Source of the DNA: Octopus sinensis
Taxonomy: Eukaryota
Length of the DNA: 64,000 nucleotides
Reading direction: 5' to 3'
Assembly: GCF_006345805.1 (NCBI RefSeq)
Contig: NC_042999.1
Coordinates: 173,662,001 to 173,726,000, forward strand
Part shown: positions 39,185-51,300 of the stretch, piece after piece
Numbering within the stretch: the first letter of the stretch is position 1
How the letters are laid out: the number at the start of each line of letters is the position of its first letter
Notes under the pieces: generated by a model
What the model was told of the DNA's origin: nothing
The model's database searches: none
The model's input: the letters and a program-made list of their open reading frames with translations, nothing else
Program-made: the position numbers and the translations under genes

Positions 39185-40790
39185 TTAACGTATTTTGATC
39201 CGAAACAGGATATTATATTGGATATAGATGCAAGTGATTACGGTGTAGGAGCAGTACCTATACACAAATACAACGATGGGATTAAAAAGGTTATAGCCCT
39301 TGCGTCACAATCGTTATTACCAGCAGAAAGGAACGACAGCCGAATAGACAACAGCGATGGAGTAATACATTTTTGAATTAGGATTTCAAAATGGAATATT
39401 TACCGTCAAAGTAACTAAGACATGCGGATGGTTTATCCGGCGAGTCTAGGACATTCACCCCTCTCCCATGGATAATAACCCCATCAAGACAATTACCCCT
39501 GAGGATAACAGATGATGATTTAAAACTTCTTAATATATTGGAGATGGTGTAATTAACCAAGGGGTGTAATTGTCCCAAAAAGTAGGTGTCGTCGAGGGGA
39601 AGTCCTATGGAGAGTAATTGTCCGAGGGGGGTATTTGTTCTGATACAGTCAAAACTGATACCGAAACACTGCTAGCCATTCGAAGATACGGTAATCGCAA
39701 CATTAAGATCACAAGGAGAAATTTTTTAAATGTAACGTAGAATGTGCTACGCGAATTACTGGTAACTCTAGAAGACATAAAACGAAATGAAGAAAAGGAC
39801 AAATTCATAACAGAAATGAAAAGAATATTGTGGACAGGAAAAGTAAATACGAAATGAAGACGTGAACCTATAATCAATGTGTGATAATGTACTGACGAAT
39901 GCACAGGGAGTAGTAATACCTGAAACACAGCAAAAGAAAATGTTGAGGGAATTCCATGTTGAACATCCTGGTATTTCGAGGATGAAAGCTTTAATGCGTG
40001 GCTACGAGTTCTAGTCAAAAATGGATAGAGAAATTGAAAACTTAGTGAAAGAGTGCAGAAGATGTGCTTTAGCAATAAACTTACCGACGTTAAAAAGTGA
40101 ACCCCTTTCAAAAGTAGATGTTCCGTGGTCGAGACTACACATTGGTTTCGCTGGTAACTTAAATGGTTCATGCTACTTAGTGGTAGCAGATGGTGTATCT
40201 AGATGGTCAGAAATTTGTAAGTGTAAAAAACCAGCCTCCTCAACTGTGATAAATTTTCTAAATGAGCTGTTTGAGAGATTTGGCATCCCAGACACGACAG
40301 TGTCTGACAATGGAACGCAATTTGTGTCTTTTGAGTTTGAAACGTTCTGTAAACCGTTCGCTGTAGAACATGTAACTACTGCACCATGCCATCTGAGATC
40401 TAATGAACAAGAACACCGTCGATACGTTCAAGAAAGCCCTAAGAAAGTCGAATATCGAAGTCACGGATGAGGTAGCTCTACAACAATTCCTAAGAGTATA
40501 ACGAGTGATATCAAATCCAAATTCACCAGCTGGTATGTCACCAGCGGAGCTGATGTTTGCGAGGGAAGTAAAATCAGTCTTCAACAAATTGCTACTTGGT
40601 TAGAAAAGAAAAATTACAAGGGATAAAACAGCAACATATTTGAAAATTGTTGAAAATATATTTGTTAGGGCATATAAGAATGGAAAACAAATTTGGGAAG
40701 ACAGTGTGATTACCAAATGCATAGGGAAATGCTATATTTCGTAAAAGGAAGAATATGAGTATACGAGAAACATAAATCAACTAAAATAGT
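39185..40790 (+). mobile_element. Ty3/Gypsy pol remnant (RNase H, integrase Zn-binding, rve core)
   Basis: YFDPKQDIILDIDASDYGVGAV (RT-RNase H), LREFHVEHPGISRMKALMR..CRRC (HHCC), PWSRLHIGFAG..YLVVAD..FGIPDTTVSDNGTQF (rve). No LTR recognised. Confidence 0.9.
39439..39648. mobile_element. About 210-bp MITE-like insertion interrupting the Gypsy RNase H
   Basis: The Gypsy peptide HADGLS resumes as KLIP after the insert. The insert has inward-facing GACAATTACCCC and GGGGTGTAATTGTCC motifs and weak TIRs. Confidence 0.5.
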
Positions 40791-40894
40791 ATATATATCA
40801 ACAAACTTCCCAGAATATAAACGTTAAAAAGCTGATTATACTGCTGATTATATAATTAGATATAATAATAATAATTATTATTATTATTATTTCA

Positions 40895-41098
40895 AATTTT
40901 TGCCACAAGGGCAGCTTGTGGGAGGTGGGGATGAGTCGATTACATCGACCCCAGTGTTCAACTAGTGCTTATTTCATTGACCTCGAGAGGATGAAAGGCA
41001 AAGTCGACCGAGGCGGAATTTGAACTCAGAACGTAGCGGCAGACGAAATACCACTAATCATTTCGTGCAGCGTGCTAAAGATATTCCAGCTCACCGCT
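40895..41098 (-). mobile_element. tRNA-derived SINE with Deu/Nin-like central domain
   Basis: Minus strand GAGTTCAAATTCCGCC (B box) followed by GTCGACTTTGCCTTTCATCC..GGTCAATGAAATAAG. The superfamily label is from recall, not a search. Confidence 0.75.
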
Positions 41099-41139
41099 TT
41101 GATGTTGATGACGACGACGACGATAACATCTATAAAACT

Positions 41140-41760
41140 TCTGACACTCAGTAATGCAGACTCTGTAGAAAGTGTGTGGAAAATGTGACCCACTTGGTAA
41201 GTGGATGTGAGAGCCTTTCACAAAAAGAATACAAGCGCCGCCACGATAAAGTGTGTGTATATCTTCGTTGGTTCTTATGCCGTAAATACCAATATGAAGT
41301 AACAGAGAACTGGTATGAGCATGTGCCAAGTAACATTATGCAGGAGGATGGAAAAGTAACGATACTCTGGGACTATGATTTTCAGACGGATTATGTAATG
41401 GAACACCGTCGGCCGGATATTGTCATATTGAATAAGAGGGACAAATGCTGTCTGATCATTGATGTAGCCATACCAAATGACATGAATGCTGTGAGTAAAG
41501 AGGTTGAAAAATCATCAAGTGTTCCGAATTGAAAGTGAAATGGCAAGACTGTATGGAATGCGAGAGGGTAATGTAAAAGTGATACCAGTGGTGACCGGAG
41601 CGTTGGGCTCAATATCATTGAAACTTCAAAATTTTTAAGGCAACTGGAAATCCCATGCAAGATTGATGTCTTGCAAAAAGCAGCCTTATTGAGCACAGTG
41701 CACATCTTAAGGAAGGTAGTATCTGTCAGTGGTCCTTGTGACTTGACAGATGACTAAAGT
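41140..41760 (+). mobile_element. 3' part of R4/Dong-type REL LINE
   Basis: CRLCRKCVENVTHLVSGC..YKRRHD..ILWD..TD..EHRRPDIV..CLIIDVAIP, then VIPVVTGALG. Confidence 0.9.
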
Positions 41761-41784
41761 CTCCGGTGCATTTTTACCTACAGT

Positions 41785-42243
41785 GTGTTAACGTTTCTAG
41801 AAATGGAGAGACTTCCAAAATACAAAGATATGGAAATAAATGTAACTCGAATGGGGAGTCTAAAAACAGAAGCAATTCCTATCATAATAGGTGCATTAAT
41901 ATTCAGACAAATACATAGCAAAAACACCAGGACTAACAAATATATTTAACATACAGAAAATAGCACTACTAGGCGCCGCACACATCCTACGTAAACACTC
42001 TCAATACAGTAACATTAAAAGCAACACAAATAACCAAAATACATACCCAAGACACATAAACCTGTGCTCGGTAGTGCAATGAAAGCACAGGATAAAAATA
42101 AGACTACTGAATGCTAATAAAGAAGAAGAAGAAGAAGAAGAAGAAGAAGAAGAAGAAGAAGAAGAAGAAGAAGAAGAAGAAGAAGAAGAAGAAGAAGAAG
42201 AAGAGAAGAAGAAGAAGAAGGAGGAGAAGAAGAAGAAGAAGAA
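41785..42243 (+). mobile_element. Second R4/Dong-type LINE 3' end with 3' UTR and TAA/(AAG)n tail
   Basis: LPKYKDMEI..KTEAIPIIIGAL..IQKIALLGAAHILR, then a UTR, then (AAG)n at 42120-42243. Confidence 0.82.
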
Positions 42244-42794
42244 TATGTGTAAACGGAAAACAAATAACACTAATTGTAATAATACTGGTAATCACTCTAG
42301 TAATAATCATAATGACGATAAAACTATATTAATGAATGACAGCAAAATTAATTGCAGTGAAGATCTGTCTTCCCTAATGTGACTTATATGCATAAAATTC
42401 ATAATATCTGCAGTCAGGACATAATTAGTAACACTACGGATAGAAATATAAATAACAGTAACGATACTCGTGTTAATACGATCAAAAGACACTAATTTAC
42501 CCAGCACATGCCCAAAATCCGGCAGAGCGAACGCACTTATTGATTTTCTAATATATGTTAACACTCCTTGAACTAAAAAGCTATTTCCCCCATCTGACAT
42601 TACCATATCTTCAATAAACGTATAGTAAGAATTTCGTGTTCATTTTTACCAAATCTTGAAACCTTTATAACAGTTATAAATTGATGTAGTACCACAATAG
42701 CCAGTAGCAATTGAAATAGCATAACTAATATTAATAATGGTAGTAACAATACAAATAATGGTTGCAAACTTTGCCACAAAGGTAGCCATTTTGG

Positions 42795-42955
42795 GGGAGG
42801 GGATAAGTGAATTGCATCGAACCCAGTGTTTCACTAATACTAAATTTATCGACCCCAAAACGGTGGACGTGTAATTTGCACTCAGAACGCATTGACGGGC
42901 GAAATACCGCTAAACAAATCGCCCAACACGCTAACGATTCTGCCAGCTCGCCTCC
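42795..42955 (-). mobile_element. Decayed copy of the Deu/Nin-like SINE
   Basis: Collinear with 40895-41098. Confidence 0.65.
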
Positions 42956-43161
42956 TAAGTATTATTTTTGTATTATTAAAACAAATATTATAAACAATAG
43001 TAACACTAATAATAATGATGATATTAATAGAACAATGCTAATAACATTGGTAATAACAGCAACTATAATAATGATGGTAATGAGTAATTACTATTATGGT
43101 CATAGGAATAATGACAGCAGTAGCGACGATAGGATTGGTTGTAATAAATACAACAGCAGTG

Positions 43162-43201
<40 letters not shown>

Positions 43202-43720
43202 AATGGATGTTGTTGGAGCTATCAGCTGCAACCATAATAATTTTAGCAACTGTTGGACTATTTGCCACGTCAGTAATGATAGCAGCCCTCATAGGTCATT
43301 CCAATGAGGAAGTCACGTGGCCAAAATCTGCAATCATCGTATCAATTGTTAGACGACTTTCTCAACATCTAATACTGTCACACGCAAAAGTAACAATTCT
43401 GACTGGCCGTGTGGCAGCTATGATGTCAGCAGCAAAAGACAAGTGATTAACCTTGGCATCGTAGACAGCACAGTCATCAAACATTCTCATTGCGCTTACT
43501 CTCATGTATATGTGGATTACACAACTATTCATGAACCCATTAACTGTTTTAACTCCCTTAGCTAACCGGTGGGGTTACCAGTTTAGTCGCCGACGACCCG
43601 ACCATGCAACAGGTTGTACTGGGTTACATGTTACCAGTAATGAATGCTGTAACTAATATATACATATAGATAAAATATAGGAATATAGACATGAATTGAT
43701 GTATATTCATATATATATAT

Positions 43721-43962
43721 GCGCCCTTTTAAAGCCTAGCCAGACTCATGGGCGCGGTTTCCCAGTTTCTCTGGCGTATGTGTTCCCCAGCTGGACGGGA
43801 CGCCAGTCCATCGCACCGTTACTCATTTTGCCAGCTGAGTAGACTGGAGCAACTTGAAATGAAGTATTTTGCTCAAGAACACAACGCGTCGGCCGGTCCA
43901 GGAATCGAAACCACAATCATACGATCATGGTGCTGACAGCCTAACCACTAAGCCACACGCCT

Positions 43963-43965
<3 letters not shown>
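43721..43965 (-). mobile_element. tRNA-derived SINE with V/Meta-like central domain
   Basis: Minus strand TGGAGGCGTGTGGCTTAGTGGTTAGG (A box), GGTTTCGATTCC (B box) and GCGATGGACTGGCGTCCCGTCCAG. The domain label is from recall. Confidence 0.85.
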
Positions 43966-44022
<57 letters not shown>

Positions 44023-44033
44023 TATTAGTGAAT

Positions 44034-44078
<45 letters not shown>

Positions 44079-44317
44079 CACACATACCCCCCACACACAT
44101 ATATATATATATAAATATATATATGCATATATACACATACCACCCCCACACACACACATACACACTTGTTCATCACTTGTTCATGCTTGTTTATGTTTTG
44201 ATTGAATTTATATATATATATATTCAATCCAAACATGAACAAGCAAAGAAAAACAACGTGACGACGTGGAATAAGTACAGTGTTATTGGACGCTCAGGAA
44301 AGGAATGAAAAGAAAGA

Positions 44318-44354
44318 GGATTTCACGTTTCGAACGGGGCTCTTCATCCGAAAT
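44318..44354 (-). ncRNA. Non-canonical hammerhead-like motif
   Basis: Minus strand attt-CGGATGA-a-GAGC(ccc)GTTC-GAAAC-GTG-aaat. U4 is changed to G and position 17 is G. Confidence 0.35.
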
Positions 44355-44743
44355 ATAGAAAAAATCCAAAGAATGGAAGACGGAGAAAGAAAATCGCCAA
44401 CGATACACATGCGGTCACATATATGCCAAATGAAAGACGGACGATGGAATGTACGAGAATTTATTATTAATCACAACAATTGTGTCGACACATCTACCAT
44501 CGATTCCTCATGGGTGGGATATTCAACAACTGGTTCAGGAGCATTCGACGGTGCAGATCATGTCGGCTGATAAATTATATACAGCTCGTTAAAATAAGTT
44601 ATACGATGTAATTTCCCGATTTGTAGAAAGAAAAGCAGACAAACGGAGGAAATATCTTCATTTACATAGATCAAAAATAAAATCACAGAAAGCAAAAAAA
44701 GAGAAACGACGACAACGAAATCCAGCGAGAAACGTATTAAAAA

Positions 44744-44776
<33 letters not shown>

Positions 44777-45125
44777 GCGTGTGTGTGTGTGTGCGTGTGT
44801 GTGTGTGTGTGTGTATGTGTGTGTGTGTGTGCGTATCTCAAACGTGTATGTGTGTGTGTGTGTGCATTTCAAACGTAAAATTATCCAATGTAAAATTTTC
44901 ACCTGAAGAAGGAAGCGGTGTTATCCGATAATGGATCCAAGTAACTATGATTATTTCGGACCACCAAGACCCCAGAATCAGCTGTTGGACTCGTAAAACT
45001 TTACTCATTTATCGCATGATATCATTTATATCCTGTAAATCGGACTATTTTATATCCATACACTTGTAGATTTTTAATATTCTGTATAAATCGACTTGTC
45101 GAACTTGCTTGTCATTGCATTTACT

Positions 45126-45164
<39 letters not shown>

Positions 45165-45293
45165 TATATTATACGCATATATGTGTGTCTGTGCTTGTAT
45201 GTTTGTGTGTACACAGTTATATATTCGTAAACATATATGTATTTATATATATATATATATATATACATTAACATATATATATACATATATGTA

Positions 45294-45338
<45 letters not shown>

Positions 45339-48300
45339 ATGCGTGTATATATAAATGTATGTAAATATATCTGTGTATGTAAGTATATATGTATGTATAT
45401 ATGAATGCATCTTTATATATATGTGTATATATTTATGTATGTATATATTTATGTATGTATGTATGTATGTATGTATATGTGTATATAGAGAGACAGAGAG
45501 AAGGAACAAAAGAGAGTGAAAGTATTAAACATATATAAAGGCAGACAAAAGATACATAGATAAATACAGGAAATGAAATACTTTCGAATATTTAGTTGTT
45601 TCTTCAACCACCTAATCGCTTGCTAAAATCTTTTTAATGGTTGACAGTTAAACAGTTGGATATTTATCTGTCAAGGAAATATCATGTCTCCAACGTATAT
45701 AGATTCAGACAGAATATTCCTCAATCGTTGAATATACAACGGCTACTCTTCAATATATCTTTTAAATATCCCTTTAATTGCGATGTGTCATATTCAGAAG
45801 ATAGATAACGGTTTTCGTTCCTTTGTCACTTACTTTCGTTTAACATCTAATCTCTTCCTCTTTATTACGTGTTATCTTGATTTCTTGTTGCTGTTATTAT
45901 TGTTATTTTGCACTTGTTATCATTATTTAACTTCAGAAGAGCTGTCGGTGCCAAAAATAGTAGAGTAGCGAATAAAATACCTTGCTTTACTAAGTTATAT
46001 ATCTAAGGTCTGAAATCGAATCCCACGAACGTCAATTTTAGCTTTCATCCATTTGGATTTTGATATGTGAAAGTACTAGCTAAGTACTGTCTTTCATATA
46101 ACCAATTTACCCAGCTTCAAATTTCTAGCCCAAAGCCTATGTAAGGCAATTTGAACTGCTTAAGCGTTGTCGGTGTCACATAGCAATATTCGCGGATAAA
46201 ACTTTGGAACATTTATCTTCTATAACATTATATTTATATCTTAAAGATCTAGAAATTCGAGAGATATAAAATAAATTAGAGGTAGTAAGAAACTCTAGAG
46301 AGAGCTGAACAACAGAGAGTCATCAGAGAAGAAGCAGCCCCACCTCATGTAAAAGTGCGGCCCTTAAGTGTGGAACAGAAAGTAGATAAAACTATAAATA
46401 CCAGTCAGGGGAATCTTCGATTTTTTTTTACCATCCAAAACATCTTAATCCTATATTCTATGTAGCATTATTTCTAGCTATATATAATTCGTGTTCCACC
46501 GTTAAAAATAATTTATTTTATATCTTCTGAAATTTTGACATTTTTATTATGTAAACATCTTACTAAATTTCCAAAATGGATGGAGAAAGTTTGAAGGGTT
46601 GATTTGGTATGATGGTTAGAATGTCATTGTTGCACAAGATGCGTGTTCAGGTCCCATAGGTAACCTTGAACTCCTTTTTTATTTGAGGTGAGTTTAACCA
46701 CCTATTCTACACTCTATTATTTAAAGCTTTATCTAGTTCGAGTTCAACTGCTAAAAGTTAATTTACCACATCACCTTAAGTTTTAAGTTCGAAATCCACT
46801 GGCGTCTTCTCTGCATTGTGTCCTTTCATTGTCAATAAAGTAAGTACCAATGACGCATAAACTAAACGCTACTGGAGCATTGAGGCCAATATAAAATTCA
46901 TGAGCTGTGACCAAGTTGCAAATCCTAATTGCTTAAATAATTTAGAGCGATGAATACAACTGGGCGTTGAACAAAATGAGTTGAGACATTTCGATTATAG
47001 ACATGTGTCTTCTAATCTCTCGACAGACTACTTTACATTACATCATTCCAGAAACGATAAAATTAGTTTCTGAAATGGACTATTAACTATAATACGGAAA
47101 CAATGTTTCTAGCCTTCTGGCGACATTAGATCATTCATTATTAATGCTAGCGTGGCAGATAAGTGCAGCAATCATTATTCGAAGTATTTAGCTCAGTCCT
47201 TTTGTATTTTGAGTTCAAACAGCTGAATTGTTACGTTTAAATTTCAGCCTCAAACGGTCGAAAAAATAAATGCAGTTAAGTAACAATATAGAAATATTTG
47301 GTTCTTATGATATGCCATAAATATGTATAACCTTCTAATATGTTATAAATAATTATTTATCTTCTTTTGCAATCATTTTTACCTTATTGTAATTTTAATT
47401 TTTCATTGATACTTCATTGTTCTCTGAAATATTGAGCCCACAAAGGAGTCTCTATCTTATGACTAGACCTGCAATGCATACCTGCCAATCTAACTTAATC
47501 ATACTTTATTCATTAAAAAATGGAAAGGATATGTTGTACTACGTGGCTCTTTATGTAATCCTTGAAACATTAAGTCTGAAAAAGATTGACACGGTAGGGA
47601 ATAATTTAAACTGGTGTTAATTAGCAACAATAACGTATTCTTGGCCATTAACATGGGATAAAAGTGGGTAATACATTATCGAAAACAAAATCAAGAACAA
47701 AATTACATTTGGGAAAACGTGGCAAATTCAATTTTATGACGTTAACTTCAGGAGACAAATGTCACTTGAGAAGACATTACCATCAACGACTAAAAATGGC
47801 TACATGAATGTGTACCAACAGGCAATTTTTTTCTTTTAAGAGTATTATTTTTGTATAATCATTTTTACTTCAAATTAGTACAAAACCTATTAAAATCCTT
47901 ACTTCATTATTGAAAAGTGCCGACAGATGTTCGACTTCCTTTGTATAACCTGTTTAAGCATAAATTCATTTGAGTTTCCGCATTGTTGTCAAACGAAAAT
48001 GCAAATGAAGAAAAATCGGTGCACTTTTTCCATCGAGGAACAGTTAAGGCATCACTTTCTCCAGTGTTATATAAATCATCGTCATCATCATCATCATCAT
48101 CATCATCATCTGCCTCAGCAGAGAAGCAAAGTCAGAAAAAGTTTTTTTTTTCATCGCTGCATAAATCTATTGGCGATTCAGTTTCTTCCATCGATAAAGT
48201 CCGCTTATGTTTAGGCGCATTTGATGCTGGGGCGTCAATTGATGACGGCTGTAGCCTTGAAAAGTTTCGGAAACATCAATTGAGGACGTCCGGTCTTCTT

Positions 48301-51300
48301 TAATGAAACACCAATTGATGATGTCTGCCGTTTAAGGGTTAAATATAGCGTCTCGTTGCGGGAGAAGAAGCAGGATTTAATAAATATTGCTACAGTATTT
48401 CAAACAGTAACATGCAGGATATTAATACTCTGACCTTAAACTATCAGTATATAAAACATGTGTCGATGTTCCACTAAACGTTTTTGACCAACCGTTAAAT
48501 AATAGGGGCTTCCAACAGTAAATCAGATGCTGAAAATATTTCCTCTGCTCTTTCTTGACACGGAAGCGCTGATTAGTAAACGGGAAGTTAGGCACGACGG
48601 CAGACATGTTTATGATGATTAGAGATCAGAGATTGTTGCATTTCAAGTGAATTCCCCAAAGTAACAAAAAAAAAAACGATGGAAAAGTATGTAGCTTGTA
48701 GTCGCAATGAATTAATCCGGACATCTAGCATGCCCGAAATTCTCTCCTCCTAGAGGGATGTTACCAGCTCTGGAATGATGGTGTAGTTCCAGTAAAGTAG
48801 AGTGCCTGAATATTTGCTGTACAGTATTTAAATTTTAATTTTATCTTCCATAGTTTTGAAACCAGATACTCCGCGTCTACAAATACAAAGACCGTGACAA
48901 AATAAGAAACTAATGTAACAATATAAATTAAATTTGTAAGCACAAATCTTTCGTAAATAATATTATTATACAAATGAGATATTTCTTTCGTAAGTGTGAT
49001 ATGATTATTGCGTGTAAGTAGAGAAGTATTAACATATTAAATGCGATATGTCGTCGAGGTATAATTTATGTTTTCTGAGACAGCACCGCAAGAACATATG
49101 ACCTTCGGGTTAATTAACTAAGTGACCAAGCAATAAAGATTCCATTATCATAGAAAATATATAGCTTTAAGAGCGGTAGAAATAGATCAGAATAACTACT
49201 TTCTAATATTTTATGTCATAATTTGACTATCTAAATTCTAATACGGGTGAAGACTGTTCATACTTCGGCATTGTATAAAACAAACACCAGTCATGTACTT
49301 ATTTTGAATTAAATGCAATTGATTACTTGCAAATGAATGTCATGCCTTTCAATTTATCGTGATAACATCAGTATAATGTAATATATATTCTTTTCTTTCA
49401 TAAGAACAAGATTACAAATTTATTTTGCCAATGTGCCAAATATATACACAGTTGAGTATCTGACAGCCGTGCATTTACAAGAAAATTTGCAAGTCGGTGA
49501 ACTGGAAACAAAATCTAGCTTACGAGGCAGTTCCTACTGTATCGCGTTCACAGTTTTGATGTCTCTCTCAAATCTAATATTAGTATTAATAAAGTAAAAT
49601 TTCTTTAGTGCAAATCGAAATTTGGTCAATATCTCATCTTGTTTCGTTTATACATCAACTGGAAATTCCAGTTTTTAATCACTTTTAACAATAAAGTCAA
49701 CGAATGATAATTTCCTTTTGTCTGTATACAATGCACTTTTGTATGAATTAAGAATCGATAGACACAAAAGTTTTAGTTTTGTGGTATATATTACATCGAT
49801 TCGATAAAATTCTATTGACTGCCTATCACAAGATTTAAACTCAGAAAGTGAAGCCCCAAATATAAATCTGTAAATTATCGAACATTTGCTTCACGCCTGG
49901 ATAAAGTAAAATAATGATTTTTACTTTGGTACAAGGTAACAATTTTGGTGAAGCTTTAGTTAATTTAGTTGATTTCAAAAGGAGATTGATAGTTATGGTA
50001 TGGATGCGCGTAGGCCAAAAAGCAAAGTCAATGTCAAAAGGTCGTCTTTGAAATTAGAGTGTTAGTAAATGCAGCTAAGCACTTGAGGCACAACTCTATC
50101 TGTCAAAATATACTCGTGATTTTAATAGTTTATATTTTGTATTAGATACATGTCAAGCACTTGCGTCGAAAGCATATAGTTGATTTAAGCATTTACAGTT
50201 GTTTTAGTAATTAATTTATCATCTTTAAAAGGATCAAACTTGAAGTCCATCAGAACATGAAATGAATGAATAAGAAAAATAGACATAATTTTTAAAAAAA
50301 GCAATTGTTTACTTAGCTTCCTCTATAACAACTTCTCTGACCATAAATAATCACTCAGATCAGTCAATTCCTTTGTTAAATCTGATAACACTGGAAGAAT
50401 GTAAACATATCACTTGAATAGACGAAGCTGCGTTTAAGGTCGTTAGAGTGTTGTTACAGGTTGTGACGGCAGCACTCGGTTTCACTGAGTACGTACACTT
50501 TTGATGTAGAATATCTGATACGGCGTGCTTCATCACGCAGTACATAAAACCTTCTCGGGGAACAGGTTGCGTGAGACGTGTTCTGTATATATCTGAGGTT
50601 TCGATGTGTAAAAACCACTTGAAAGAAGAGGAGTTAATTATAAATAGAATCCACTTTAGGATTTCATGTTTTCTTTGCAAACGAAAATATTTATAGAAGA
50701 ACATAATGAATAGAATATTTAAGTAAATGACCATATTTGTGAACAATTAATATAAAAGTTTTACCTCTTTGATAGAACCACATTTCGACACCAACAATTT
50801 ATCAGTGAGAATTTTGGAAATAGCAGCTAACACTTTACGAGAGAGATAACGAAATTACAATACAAACGTTGCCACTTGCCAAAGACAAGCCTTTAACGAT
50901 ATTATCATTTAATAAGATTCTATTCTACAAGTAAATAGTTTAGGCGGAAGAAACCATATTCGATTTAACTATGAAATAAGATTTTATAGAATAGTGAGAA
51001 TGTATCAGAGGAACGCTCGAGGGAAACAATTAGCAATGATCTGAGAGCTAAATGAATGTTTATTTTAATAACCTCAATCAAAATGCAATATAAAGTAGGG
51101 GGTGGGGCGGTTCTTAACGATTTCAAACAATACGTGTATGAAGGAGCTGAATAAAAAAAAAACGATTTATACGACGTGAAAGTAGACCTCAATGTTTGCA
51201 GAAGTATTTGTAATTTAAATGTATTCAGTGTTTATAGTGGCGGCAGTCATGTCGATATGATATTGCATCTATTATTCGAGTTTGGAGAACAAGTAATGCA

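Noticed and set aside
42807-43446. 166-aa and 116-aa overlapping ORFs
   Set aside because: Built from a SINE relic plus degenerate (AAT)n/(AGT)n repeats.
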